Assembly (NCBI GenBank): GCA_963793935.1
Contig: CAWCBZ010000005.1
Span: 75,139 to 139,138, forward strand
Reading direction: 5' to 3'
From: an uncultured Solirubrobacteraceae bacterium
Lineage (GTDB): Bacteria > Actinomycetota > Thermoleophilia > Solirubrobacterales > Solirubrobacteraceae
Length of the DNA stretch: 64,000 nt
The position numbers and the translations under genes were made by a program. The notes below the pieces were generated by a model, which ran no database searches, was not told where the DNA came from, and was given only the letters and a program-made list of their open reading frames with translations. The first letter of the stretch is position 1. Every line of letters starts with the position of its first letter. Of this stretch, positions 47,143 to 56,973 are shown one piece after another.

Positions 47143-48417
47143 TCAGCGACGTACGGGCACCTGTGCCTGCCGCGCCTGCCGCGCCTGCCAGGCTTCGACC
47201 ATGGCCAGGCGCTGGACGATCGTCGGGTGGTTGTCGAACAGCACGTAGCTCCACGTCGGCGGGTTGGGATTGGCCAGGCTCGTGCGTGCGAGATCGGCAA
47301 ACAGCGCACGTGCCGAGGCGGGATCGCGCGTGGCGCGCAGCGCCGACCAGTCGGCCTCGGCCTCCTGGCGACGCGAGACGATGTTCATCAGCGGCGCGGT
47401 CAGCAGCTGCAGCACGACGAACACGAACAACGCCACCGGCACCGCCTGCGGGCTGGCGAGGCCGCCGCGCGGGCGCGTGAACAATGCGACGAGGCCGGCC
47501 GCCGGCAGCAGGAACAGCGCCAGCCAGCCGACGTCCTTGAGGATGTGCTTGTGCGCGATGTGGCCGAGCTCGTGCGCGACGACCACGCGCACCTCGCCGC
47601 GCGAGAAGCGGCCGTCGAGCAGCGTGTTCCAGAGGATCACGCGCCGCGTCGAGTCAAAGCCGACCGACTCGGCGTTGGGCGCGGTCGTCTCGCGGTCCAC
47701 GCGCTGCACGTCCGCGCGCGTGCCTGCAACGTGCTCGATGCGCGCCAGTTCGCGCACGTCGGCGGCGGTCGTCGGCGCGGTCAGCGGTTCGGTGTTGGGG
47801 ATCAGATAGACGGTCAGAAAGGCCGACAACAGCGCCAGTGCAGCGAACGCCGGCGCGGCGACGGCCCACCACCAGCGCCGCAGCACGCCGGCCAATCCCA
47901 TGGAGATCAAAAGCGCCAGCGAGACGAACAGGAACTTGCCGCCGAGCGAGAGAAAGCTTTCGATGAGCGACGCCACGTAGCCCTGGTGGGAGATGCCGTG
48001 TTTGCGCTGCCACCAAACCGCGGCCAGGCCGAACGGAATCTCGGCGATCCACAGCACGGCGAAGCCGAGCATGCCGAGCATCATTCCCGTGCCGATGCGC
48101 CCGGCGGCGGACTCGCGCATCAGCCGGTGCCCGCAGCGTGCGTACAGCGCGAACACGACCAGCACGGTCAGCGCGCCGAGCAGCGCGTCGATCGCCAGAA
48201 AGCGTTCGTAGGAGGCGCTGCGGCGCAGAAACGCCGCCGAGAAGACATGGTGCGGGTCGACGTGCGCCAGCTGCAGCCCGCTGGGCACGCTCGTGTGCCA
48301 CAGCGCGTGCGCCGCCAGCGCCCACAGCACGGCGAACGCGACCAGGCCCACGAGCACCGCCGAGCTGTGCGCGGGGCGCGCCGCCGCCCGCCGCCAGATC
48401 GCGCGCGCGCCGGCCAA
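47143..48417 (-). CDS. M48-family zinc metallopeptidase (HtpX/Ste24-like), membrane-bound
   Basis: HEXXH motif HELGHIAHKH plus downstream E, multiple TM helices, 424 aa. Confidence 0.75.
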   Translation of the reverse strand: MAGARAIWRRAAARPAHSSAVLVGLVAFAVLWALAAHALWHTSVPSGLQLAHVDPHHVFSAAFLRRSASYERFLAIDALLGALTVLVVFALYARCGHRLMRESAAGRIGTGMMLGMLGFAVLWIAEIPFGLAAVWWQRKHGISHQGYVASLIESFLSLGGKFLFVSLALLISMGLAGVLRRWWWAVAAPAFAALALLSAFLTVYLIPNTEPLTAPTTAADVRELARIEHVAGTRADVQRVDRETTAPNAESVGFDSTRRVILWNTLLDGRFSRGEVRVVVAHELGHIAHKHILKDVGWLALFLLPAAGLVALFTRPRGGLASPQAVPVALFVFVVLQLLTAPLMNIVSRRQEAEADWSALRATRDPASARALFADLARTSLANPNPPTWSYVLFDNHPTIVQRLAMVEAWQARQARQAQVPVRR

Positions 48418-48422
48418 CTGGC

Positions 48423-49781
48423 TCAGGTCAGGCCGACGTCGGGAGCGCCCGGCGCCGCAGGCGCGCCAGGCGCCGCGGAAGCAGGCGCCGCCGGTGCGCC
48501 GAGCGCGGCCGCTGCGCCGGCGCCGTCGGGCGTGTGCGCGAGCACGGGCCCGCTGTAGGGGTAGGCGTCGGTCAGCAGCAGCAGGTAGCCGTGCGTCTGT
48601 GCCTGGTAGCGCAGCGCAAGCGCGCCGGCGTTGCGCAAGCCCAGCGGCATGCGTCCGCGCGCCAGCGAGCTGAACCAGCCGAGCAGCGCGACGACGAAGG
48701 CCAGCACGCCATAGGCGCTCGCGAGGATCAGCGCGGGGATCGCCAGCACGATGCGAAAGCCGGTCTTCCAGCGGTTCTGGCGCTCGCGCGGCGCGACGGC
48801 GATTTCAAAGGGGTAGCTGCCGCGCTTGCCGACGAAGCCCGGAAACGGATTGGCGATCAGGTAGAGAAACGCGTAGACGTGGTTGGCATAGCGCAGGTAC
48901 GCGGCGAGAAAGCGATGCAGCCACTGCGGCGAGCGGCCGGCGAACAGCGTGGCAAACCAGTTGAGCACCGCGCAGACGAGCATCAGGATGCCCCACAGCT
49001 GCAGCCAGATCAGGTGCGGCAGCGCGAGCAGCAGGCGAAAGAACACGGTCAGGCGCGAGCGACGCAGGTCGTCGTCGAGTTCGAGTCGGATCGGGTCCTC
49101 GCGCACGGGCAGGTCGGGCACGGCCGCCAGCGGATCGCTGTCGGGGTAGCGGTCGGTCAGCAGCAGCGCGTAGGACCAGAACTGCGCGCCGTAGCAGAGC
49201 GCGTAGGCGGCGCCGTCGCGCAGCCCGCGCGGCATCGTGCGACGAGCGAGGATCGCGAACCAGCCGAGGACGGCTACGCCGGGCAGCAGGCCGCCGGTGT
49301 AGGAGTAGGAGCGACGGCCGGCGCCGCTGGAGTTGGGGTTGCCGTTGAGCACGACGACGATCAGCAGCGCCGGCAGCAGCAGGATGCCGCGGAACAGGAC
49401 AGTCCACCGATTCTGCGGCGAGGGTGGCGGGATCTCGACGTCGATCGGATAGCCGGGCGTGCCGTCGAAGCTGGGGTAGGGGTTGGCGGCGAGGTGCAGG
49501 TAGGCGTGGAAGTGCGTGGCGTATTTGACGTACGCCGCGAGCGGGCCGTACAGCCAGGCGGGAGGGCGCCCGAGGATCAACGTGGCGAACCAGTTGACGA
49601 CGGCGAGCGCGATCGTGACGATCCCCCACAGCGTGAGCCAGATGAAGAGCGGGATCGAGAGGATCAGGCGGAAGACGACGGTCAGGCGGCTGCGCTGGAG
49701 ATCGTCTGTGATCAGCAGCCGGACGGGATGATGTCCGCCGGGTGCGGGCGACGCGGATGCTGAATGCTCGGACACGTTCAC
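48423..49781 (-). CDS. Tandem DUF4389 domain membrane protein
   Basis: Two internal repeats, each with RSRLTV(V/F)FRL(I/L)L..P..IWL..WGI and NWFATL..GR.P, the DUF4389 signature. Start overlaps the MTase stop by 4 nt. Confidence 0.7.
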   Translation of the reverse strand: MNVSEHSASASPAPGGHHPVRLLITDDLQRSRLTVVFRLILSIPLFIWLTLWGIVTIALAVVNWFATLILGRPPAWLYGPLAAYVKYATHFHAYLHLAANPYPSFDGTPGYPIDVEIPPPSPQNRWTVLFRGILLLPALLIVVVLNGNPNSSGAGRRSYSYTGGLLPGVAVLGWFAILARRTMPRGLRDGAAYALCYGAQFWSYALLLTDRYPDSDPLAAVPDLPVREDPIRLELDDDLRRSRLTVFFRLLLALPHLIWLQLWGILMLVCAVLNWFATLFAGRSPQWLHRFLAAYLRYANHVYAFLYLIANPFPGFVGKRGSYPFEIAVAPRERQNRWKTGFRIVLAIPALILASAYGVLAFVVALLGWFSSLARGRMPLGLRNAGALALRYQAQTHGYLLLLTDAYPYSGPVLAHTPDGAGAAAALGAPAAPASAAPGAPAAPGAPDVGLT

Positions 49782-50719
49782 CTGATCGGCTCGGCCGTGC
49801 GCGCTCTTGACCGTTTGGCTTGCACGCCCGCCGAGACGCCGGCGGCGCTCACGCCAGGGTCGCGGTCCTCCGCGTCAGGACCCTCGACGGCCTGGCCAAG
49901 CCGCTCGCGCATCACGCGCACGGCCTCGGCGTTGGAGTCGATCAGCACGTAGCGCCGCTGAAGCGCGGCGGCCACGGCGCCGAGCGTGCCGCTGCCGGCG
50001 AAGAAGTCCAGACACCAGTCGCCAGGCCGCGTGGAGGCCTGCACGATGCGCCGCAGCACGCCCTCGGGCTTCTGCGTCGGATAGCCGGTCTTCTCGGCGC
50101 CGTTGGTGGGCACGATGGTGTGCCACCAGACGTCCGTCGGCAGCTTGCCGCGCGCGGCCTTCTCTGCGGTGACCAGGCCGGGCGCCATGTAGGGCTCGCG
50201 GTCGACCGCGGCGGAGTCGAAGTGGTAGCGCGACGGGTGCTTGACGTAGACGAGGATCGTGTCGTGCTTGGCCGGCCAGCGGCGCTTGGCGCGCGCGCCG
50301 TAGTCATAGGCCCAGATCAGCTCGTTGAGAAAGCACTCGCGACCGAAGATCTCATCGAGCAGCAGCTTGCAGTGGTGCGCCTCGCGGTAGTCGATGTGGA
50401 AGTACAGCGTGCCGTCCTCGCGCAGCAGCCGGTGCGCCTGCTGCAGGCGCGGCGCGAGAAAGCCGAGGTAGTCGTCGAAGGCGTCGTGATAGGAGGACTC
50501 GGCGAGCAGCCGCGTGCGATAGCGACGTCCCTGAAAGCCGACGCGCTCGCCGTCGTCGTCTCCGGCGACCGCCAGCGTCTTGCGCACCTGCGCGCGGCCG
50601 GTGTTGAACGGCGGGTCGATGTAGATCAGCTGAAACGAACCGTCTGAAAAACGCGGCAGCAGCTCCAGGTTGTCGCCGAGCAGGATCTGATCGATCCGCG
50701 GTGCTTCGGGCGCATGCAC
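49778..50719 (-). CDS. Beta-class DNA methyltransferase (N6-adenine or N4-cytosine)
   Basis: Motif IV IYIDPPFNTG precedes motif I LDFFAGSGTLG, the circular permutation defining beta-class amino-MTases (CcrM/M.PvuII-like). 313 aa. Confidence 0.8.
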   Translation of the reverse strand: MHAPEAPRIDQILLGDNLELLPRFSDGSFQLIYIDPPFNTGRAQVRKTLAVAGDDDGERVGFQGRRYRTRLLAESSYHDAFDDYLGFLAPRLQQAHRLLREDGTLYFHIDYREAHHCKLLLDEIFGRECFLNELIWAYDYGARAKRRWPAKHDTILVYVKHPSRYHFDSAAVDREPYMAPGLVTAEKAARGKLPTDVWWHTIVPTNGAEKTGYPTQKPEGVLRRIVQASTRPGDWCLDFFAGSGTLGAVAAALQRRYVLIDSNAEAVRVMRERLGQAVEGPDAEDRDPGVSAAGVSAGVQAKRSRARTAEPIR

Positions 50720-50818
50720 GCGTTGAGACTACGTCCGACCGCCGATGGAGCGCCCGAGCGACGACGAGATCTCTTTAAAATATTGATTTCACTCGAGCGT
50801 GCGCGCGGCGACGCCCGG

Positions 50819-53281
50819 CTATGGCGCGACGAGCTCGACCCACAGGTAGCTGCGCGCGCAGAGCGCCGCGCGGCTGTCGTTGGGCGCCAGCGTTCGCAAG
50901 CTCCTGGCGGGCGTGTGCGCGGGCGTGAGAAAGGCGTCGTCGAGCACCGCCGCGCCGCCGTTGCCCGGCGCCGCGCTGAAGCCCGCGCGTGTGATCGACA
51001 GGCGGTGTTCGCCGGCGCTCAGGCGCACGGCGATCGGCGTGGCGGTGTCGGGCGCCAGCGAGTTGCCCGCCAGCTGCCCGGAAATCGCACCGATCGCGCT
51101 CCCGTCGACGGCGACGCCGATGCGCGGCATGAACTGACCCTGCAGCCACAGCTGCCAGACGCCGTCATGAGGCACCGAGAAGCCAGCCGTCAGCGTGCCG
51201 GCGCGGCGCATGGCAAAGCCCGCGCGCTCGCGCCCCCAGCCGCGCGGACGTTTGGCGCGTGCGAGCTTCACGCGCGCCAAACCGGGCGCTTCGGCGCCGA
51301 CCGCCGCGAGGCCTTGCGCATGCGCCGAGCGCACCTCACGCTGCACGCGCGCACAGGCGAGCGTTCGCCCGGCGGGCGCCGCGACGTGACGGATCGCCGG
51401 CCTGACGCCACGCCGGCGCGCCCATACCTCGTAGTAGCGGCCCTGCCAGGCCAGCGCGTAGACGGCCGGCGGCGGCGGCGCGCTCGGATCGCGCCGCGTG
51501 ACGATCAGCGCATAGGCCGCCAGCGCCGCCGGCGACGCGCGGTCGAGCAGCACCGGGCGGCCGTAGCCGCCGGCCAGCGAGGCCAGCGTCGGCGGCGGAT
51601 AGACGAAGTCCGGACCGCCCACGTCGAGCTTGCGCAGCGCGTACATGGAGTATTCGTCGAAGTCCGTGAACAGCGTCGGCCCGCGCCCGGCGAAGCGGTC
51701 GCCGATCGACGCTAGCTCTTCATAGCGCTGCGTCGGCGCGATGCTCGAGCTGTGGTACTGCGCGACGTCGGAGGCCAGCACGCCGGCGCTCAGCGCCAGC
51801 GCGAGCAGCACCGCCGGCACGCGCGCCTTGTGCGACGCTCGCGCGCCACGCCGCCGCGGCGGCTGCGCGCGAGCACGCGATCGTCGCTCGCCGCGACTGG
51901 CCGGCCCGAGCAGCGCCGCAACGCCGGCCCAGGCGAGCAGCATGACCACCGAAGACGTCAGCACGAGCGCCTTGGCGTCTACCCACGTGGTCGCCGAGCG
52001 GCTGAGCGCGATCCAGGCGATCAGCATCAGCGCTACCCACGCCAGCAGCGCGTGGCGGCGACTGCGCAGCAGCGCCAGCGCGCCGAGCGCGCAGCAGGCG
52101 ATCACGACGGCGATCAGCGCGACCGTAAGCACCTGCCAGACGCCGCTCGGCGCCTGCTTGTAGCTGCCGTGCAGCCACACGCCGAACACCTGCGTTCCTT
52201 TGAGCGGCGCCGGCAGGTTGCCGGCGTTGCCGGTCGAGGCGATGTTCTGCGCGACGTGCAGCGACGCCGACACGTGCTTCCAGGTCGGCCACGCGGCGAC
52301 CAGCAGCGCGACCGCGCCGGCGGCGACCGTCGCCAGCGTCGCGCGCGTCTGCAGTCGTCCCGCGCGGAGCTCTCCGCCGAGCACTACGAGCAGCACGGCC
52401 GCCGCGGCAAGCGCCCAGGCGCCGAAGCCGACGCCGAGCGCCGACACGCCGGCGGCGAGCACGAGCGCGATCGGCAACGCGCGGCGCGGCGAGTGCGATA
52501 GCCAGCGCCGGTGCAGCACGACCAGCGCGCCGAGCGTGAGAATCATGTCCAGCGAGACGATCTCCTTGACCGAGCCGATCAGCTCGTAGCCGTAGACCAG
52601 CGCCGGCACGCTCGCGCCGAGCGCCGCGAGCGCCGCCCACCGTCCGCGCAGCCCGGCGGCGCTCGCCAACAGCCACGCGGGGCCGCTGCACAGCGCGAGC
52701 ATCAGCGCGACGAACGGTTGAAACGCCCAGATCAGCGGCAATCCGAGCAGCAGCGCGCTGCCGCCGAACAGCGTGTCCGAGCCCGACGGGTAGCCGGTCG
52801 CGTAGTAGTTGGTCAGAAACTGGCCGTAGGAGTTGCGCAGATCCAGATGCGCGTAGTGCTGGCCGTGGTGGATCAGATAGTCGGCGCCGATCATGTGCAC
52901 GGCCGAGTCCGACAGCGCCATGAACGAGGAGAAGCTGGCGCGCCCGCCCAGCAGCACCGGCGCCAGCGCCAGCGCGTAGACGGCCAGCGGCACGCACAGC
53001 AGTCCCAGGCGCGCGCGCGCGAGCGCGACCAACGCGGCGGTGCGCCGGCGCGCGAGCAGCGGACCGGCGAGCGCTGCGGCGAGCAGCAGATAAGGCGTCG
53101 CGCGCGCGAACGGCGATACGTACGTGCTCAGCTGCGACAGGCCGATCAAGGCGCCCGCGCCGACGCTCGGCAGCAGCGCCGCGGGCAGAAAGCCGCCGCT
53201 GCAGCGATCGATCAGCAGGCCGGCGCCGACGCACAGCAGCGCCAGCACCAGCGGGTAGACGAGCACCGTGAGCGCGAACAA
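50819..53281 (-). CDS. Large polytopic membrane protein (possibly GT-C-fold glycosyltransferase)
   Basis: About 14 TM helices in the first approx. 480 aa, then a soluble C-terminal domain. No precise motif recognised. Confidence 0.45.
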   Translation of the reverse strand: MFALTVLVYPLVLALLCVGAGLLIDRCSGGFLPAALLPSVGAGALIGLSQLSTYVSPFARATPYLLLAAALAGPLLARRRTAALVALARARLGLLCVPLAVYALALAPVLLGGRASFSSFMALSDSAVHMIGADYLIHHGQHYAHLDLRNSYGQFLTNYYATGYPSGSDTLFGGSALLLGLPLIWAFQPFVALMLALCSGPAWLLASAAGLRGRWAALAALGASVPALVYGYELIGSVKEIVSLDMILTLGALVVLHRRWLSHSPRRALPIALVLAAGVSALGVGFGAWALAAAAVLLVVLGGELRAGRLQTRATLATVAAGAVALLVAAWPTWKHVSASLHVAQNIASTGNAGNLPAPLKGTQVFGVWLHGSYKQAPSGVWQVLTVALIAVVIACCALGALALLRSRRHALLAWVALMLIAWIALSRSATTWVDAKALVLTSSVVMLLAWAGVAALLGPASRGERRSRARAQPPRRRGARASHKARVPAVLLALALSAGVLASDVAQYHSSSIAPTQRYEELASIGDRFAGRGPTLFTDFDEYSMYALRKLDVGGPDFVYPPPTLASLAGGYGRPVLLDRASPAALAAYALIVTRRDPSAPPPPAVYALAWQGRYYEVWARRRGVRPAIRHVAAPAGRTLACARVQREVRSAHAQGLAAVGAEAPGLARVKLARAKRPRGWGRERAGFAMRRAGTLTAGFSVPHDGVWQLWLQGQFMPRIGVAVDGSAIGAISGQLAGNSLAPDTATPIAVRLSAGEHRLSITRAGFSAAPGNGGAAVLDDAFLTPAHTPARSLRTLAPNDSRAALCARSYLWVELVAP

Positions 53282-53532
53282 GTCGCGAGATCATCTCAGC
53301 GCCCGCGCGCGAGCGGGCTTAAGTACTCGCGGCGCGCCCGGCATCAATGCCAAGCGCGCCGCAAGCTGATCCAGGACCATCCGACGACTCCGGGCAACCC
53401 CGCGCGGGGGTTTGGGGCTGCGTGAAGGAGTCGGCGGATTGGATCCCGTCCCCATTGGGGCCTCTTGCCGGGGTATAGCGAGACCCCGCCTGTTTGCTTA
53501 CCCGGTCCCGCATCGACGAAACGGCCAAATGA

Positions 53533-53606
53533 TGCCCCCGGCTGGACTCGAACCAGCAACCCCCGGCTTAGAAGGCCGGTGCTCTATCCAGTTGAGCTAC
53601 GGGGGC
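53533..53606 (-). tRNA. tRNA-Arg (TCT)
   Basis: Reverse complement GCCCCCGTAGCTCAACTGGATAGAGCACCGGCCTTCTAAGCCGGGGGTTGCTGGTTCGAGTCCAGCCGGGGGCA. Anticodon loop CTTCTAA, T-loop GGTTCGAGTCC. Confidence 0.85.
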
Positions 53607-53712
53607 AAGGCGGTGGCCGGCGGGCCACGTTCGACGCCTGCGCACGCGCGCGCGAATGCATCGTGGCATGAACTTAGGCACGCTTGAGCGGAAACCTGTA
53701 AAAGTTGCACCC

Positions 53713-54543
53713 ATGAGCAGCGAGGAGGAGGACGACGGGCAGGATCTCACGCGCAAGCAGCGCCGCGAGCAGGCGCGCTCGGAGCGCAAAGCGCTGGAGC
53801 AGGCCGAGGCCGCCAACCAGCAGCGGCGCAAGCGCCTGATCCAGCTCGGCTCGGTCGCCGGCGTCGTCGTCGTGATCATCGTCGTGATCGTGGCCGCCAC
53901 GAGTGGTGGCGGCAACAGCACGACGGTCCCGACCACCGGAAACCCCAAGACTGCCCCGCCGGTCAAAAAGGTCATCGCCGAGATCGGCGGCATTCCGCAA
54001 AAAGGAAACGTCCTGGGCAGCGCCAAAGCGCCCGCGACGCTCGTCTACTACGGCGATCTGGAGTGCCCGATCTGCAAGGACTTCACGCTTGGCGCGCTGC
54101 CGACGCTGATCCAGAAGTACGTGCGCGCGGGCAAGCTGCGCATCGAATACCGCAACCTGGAGACGGCGACGCGCGAACCGGAAACGTTCAAGACGCAGCA
54201 GGTCGCGGCGCTGGCGGCGGGCAAGCAGAACAAGGGCTGGTACTACATCGAGCTGTTCTACAACCAGCAGGGCGAAGAGGACAGCGGATACGTGACCGAG
54301 CAGTACCTGCGCACGCTGGCCGAACAGACGCCCGGGCTGAACCTGACCGCATGGACGGCGGCGCGCAACGATCCGGAATTCACGAACACGATCACCAGCG
54401 ACGCGCAGGCCGCCAACACCGCCGGCTTCACCGGCACGCCGTCGTTCCAGATCGGCAAGACCGGCGGCCCGGTGCAGAAGCTCGAATACTCGTCGCTGAC
54501 CGATCCGTCGGGCTTCGAATCGGCGATCGACAAGCTGATCTAG
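53713..54543 (+). CDS. Membrane-anchored DsbA-family thiol:disulfide oxidoreductase
   Basis: Acidic N-terminus, one TM (VAGVVVVIIVVIVAA), thioredoxin active site ECPICK (CxxC). An alternative start is at 53656. Confidence 0.7.
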   Translation: MSSEEEDDGQDLTRKQRREQARSERKALEQAEAANQQRRKRLIQLGSVAGVVVVIIVVIVAATSGGGNSTTVPTTGNPKTAPPVKKVIAEIGGIPQKGNVLGSAKAPATLVYYGDLECPICKDFTLGALPTLIQKYVRAGKLRIEYRNLETATREPETFKTQQVAALAAGKQNKGWYYIELFYNQQGEEDSGYVTEQYLRTLAEQTPGLNLTAWTAARNDPEFTNTITSDAQAANTAGFTGTPSFQIGKTGGPVQKLEYSSLTDPSGFESAIDKLI

Positions 54544-54556
54544 AGCGGGTCGGGCG

Positions 54557-55048
54557 ATGAGCGCGCGCACGCTGAGGATCACGATGATCGTCCTCACGGT
54601 GCTCGGCCTGATCGTCGCGAGCTACCTCACCTACATCCACTACGCCGGAATCAAACCGCTGTGTGGGACGAACGGCGGCGGCTGCGAGATCGTGCAGACG
54701 TCGGTCTACTCCAAGCTGGCGGGCATACCGGTCGCGCTGATCGGGCTGATCGGCTACATCACGATCCTCGGCTCGCTGCTCGTGCCCGAGAGCGAGACGT
54801 CGCGCTTTGCCACCGTCGCCTTCACGGTGATCGGCTTCGGCTTCAGCGCCTATCTGACCTGCCGCGAGCTGTTCTCGATTCATCACATCTGCGAGTACTG
54901 CGTGTCCAGCGCGATCATCGTGACGATCCTCATGTGTCTGTCGATCTGGCGCTTCTTGCGCGGCGACGGCGCGCTGCGAGAGCAGCACCAGGACGCCGAG
55001 CTCGGCCACTCAGAGACCGCGGCGCCGCTCGGCACCGCCGGTCCCTGA
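54557..55048 (+). CDS. Vitamin K epoxide reductase (VKOR) family protein
   Basis: Loop cysteines CGTNGGGC and active-site CEYC in a 4-5 TM protein. Adjacent to DsbA, as in actinobacterial DsbB-less systems. Confidence 0.75.
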   Translation: MSARTLRITMIVLTVLGLIVASYLTYIHYAGIKPLCGTNGGGCEIVQTSVYSKLAGIPVALIGLIGYITILGSLLVPESETSRFATVAFTVIGFGFSAYLTCRELFSIHHICEYCVSSAIIVTILMCLSIWRFLRGDGALREQHQDAELGHSETAAPLGTAGP

Positions 55049-55155
55049 CGGACGCCGACAGCCCGCAAATACGGGCGATCGCACTAGTAAATCCGTCCAA
55101 CAAGGCTTAGAGGCCACGCGCGCGCGTCCGCCTGGGTCGACGTGATTCCCAGACG

Positions 55156-56973
55156 ATGCGATCTCCTCTCTCCAGCCCCCAGGCGCTGCCGGTGGCCAGC
55201 GTGCGCCAGCCGCCGGACGATGCTGCTGTCGTGGGCGGGCCGCAGCTCGGCGCGACGCCGCACTCCGGCGACCCGCGCGTGGCTCGCCTGTTCGAGATGA
55301 CCAGCGACCTGCTGGCGACGATCTCCATGGACGGACGCTTCACGCTGCTGAACTCAGCCTGGGAGCAGTTGCTCGGGTGGACGCTGGAGGAGCTGCGCGC
55401 CCGGCCGATCGCCGACTTCATCCACCCCGAGGACGTCGAGCAGACGCGCGCGCTGCTGCTCGCCGGCCGCGCGCGTCCGGCGCAACTGGAGAACTTCACC
55501 AACCGCTATCGCCACCGCGACGGCTCGTGGCGCTCGCTGCTGTGGAGCGCGCACTGCGACGGCGACATGTGGTACGCCGCGGCCAAGGACGTGACCGACC
55601 GCATGTGGCTGGAGAGCCAGGCGCTGCGCGACCCGCTGACACGTCTGCCCAACAGGCTGCTGCTGATGGATCGCGCGCGACAGGCGCTGGCGCGCATCGC
55701 ACGCAGCGGCGGCGTGGTCGCGCTGCTGTTCGTCGACCTCGACCGCTTCAAGGCGGTCAACGACAACTTCGGCCACGACGTCGGCGACCGCCTGCTGATC
55801 GGCGTGGCGGAGCGACTGGGCGAGATGATGCGCGACAGCGACACCGTGGCGCGCCTGGGCGGCGACGAGTTCGTGATCCTCGGCGAGGAAATCGAGACCG
55901 ACGCCGAAGCGCTGGCGCTGGCCGAGCGCGTGGTGCAGACGCTGAAGCAGCCGTTCGTGGTGGGCGCGGTCGAGGCGACGATGCACGCCAGCGTCGGCGT
56001 CTCGGTGACACACGACACCGACGCCGACCCCGACGCGATGCTGCGCGAGGCCGACATCGCGATGTATCGCGCCAAGCGCGCCGGCGGCCGGCGGCCGGAA
56101 ATGTTCGACGAGAGCCTGCGCAAGGAGATGACGGCGCATCTGGAGATCGGCGAACGCCTGCTGCGTGCGCTGCCGCACGACGAGATGGTGCTCACCTACC
56201 AGCCGATCCTGCCGCTGTCGGGCGGTCGCGCCGTGGGCTGCGAGGCGCTCGTGCGCTGGCTTCCCGACGGCGACGAGGAATCGGCGATCGACGAGCTGCT
56301 GCCGGCGAAGTTCCTGCCCAGCGCCGAGGAGAGCGACCTGATCGTGCAGATCGGCGACTGGGTGCTCAACACCGCCTGCGCCCAGGCGGTCGCCTGGCGC
56401 CGGCAGGGCATCTCCATTCCGATCTCCGTGAACGTGTCCGCGCGCGAGCTCTCAGAGCTCGACCTGGCGGCGCGCGTGCGCAGGGAGCTGACGCGCTTTC
56501 AGCTGCCCGGTCGCGCGCTGTGCCTGGAGGTGACCGAGGAGGCCGTGCTGCGCGATCCCGAGCGCGCGCGCAAGACGCTCGGCGAGGTGCGCGACATGGG
56601 CGTCGCCGTCGCGCTGGACAGCTTCGGCGCGCACGACTCGGCGATCACGCTGCCGCGCAACATGCCGCTGGACATGCTCAAGCTCGACCGCACGCTGATT
56701 CACAACTTCGAGCGCGACCGCGAGACGCGCGCGATGGTCGCGGCGATCGTCGCGCTCGCGCACAAGTCCGGCCTGACGGCGGTCGCCGTGGGCATCGAAA
56801 CCAACCGCCAGCTGGCGCTGGCGCGCGAGCTCGACTGCTCGGTCGGGCAGGGCTTCTTGCTGCACAGACCCGACTCGCCCGAGCGGCTGAGGCTCGCGGG
56901 AGCCGGCGGGACGGTAACGTCCGCGCCATGGCGTCCGCGCGTGCGACTGGGCGAGAGCGGGCGGCGTCGCTGA
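55156..56973 (+). CDS. PAS-GGDEF-EAL signalling protein (diguanylate cyclase/phosphodiesterase)
   Basis: PAS-like N-terminal region, GGDEF site RLGGDEF, EAL site CEALVRW plus downstream DxxFGxxxS. Confidence 0.8.
   Translation: MRSPLSSPQALPVASVRQPPDDAAVVGGPQLGATPHSGDPRVARLFEMTSDLLATISMDGRFTLLNSAWEQLLGWTLEELRARPIADFIHPEDVEQTRALLLAGRARPAQLENFTNRYRHRDGSWRSLLWSAHCDGDMWYAAAKDVTDRMWLESQALRDPLTRLPNRLLLMDRARQALARIARSGGVVALLFVDLDRFKAVNDNFGHDVGDRLLIGVAERLGEMMRDSDTVARLGGDEFVILGEEIETDAEALALAERVVQTLKQPFVVGAVEATMHASVGVSVTHDTDADPDAMLREADIAMYRAKRAGGRRPEMFDESLRKEMTAHLEIGERLLRALPHDEMVLTYQPILPLSGGRAVGCEALVRWLPDGDEESAIDELLPAKFLPSAEESDLIVQIGDWVLNTACAQAVAWRRQGISIPISVNVSARELSELDLAARVRRELTRFQLPGRALCLEVTEEAVLRDPERARKTLGEVRDMGVAVALDSFGAHDSAITLPRNMPLDMLKLDRTLIHNFERDRETRAMVAAIVALAHKSGLTAVAVGIETNRQLALARELDCSVGQGFLLHRPDSPERLRLAGAGGTVTSAPWRPRVRLGESGRRR

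Noticed and set aside
50714-53425. Several 250-530-aa ORFs in both orientations over 50.8-53.3 kb
   Set aside because: All are Arg/Ala-rich low-complexity. Only the 820-aa minus-strand frame has a coherent run of hydrophobic helices.
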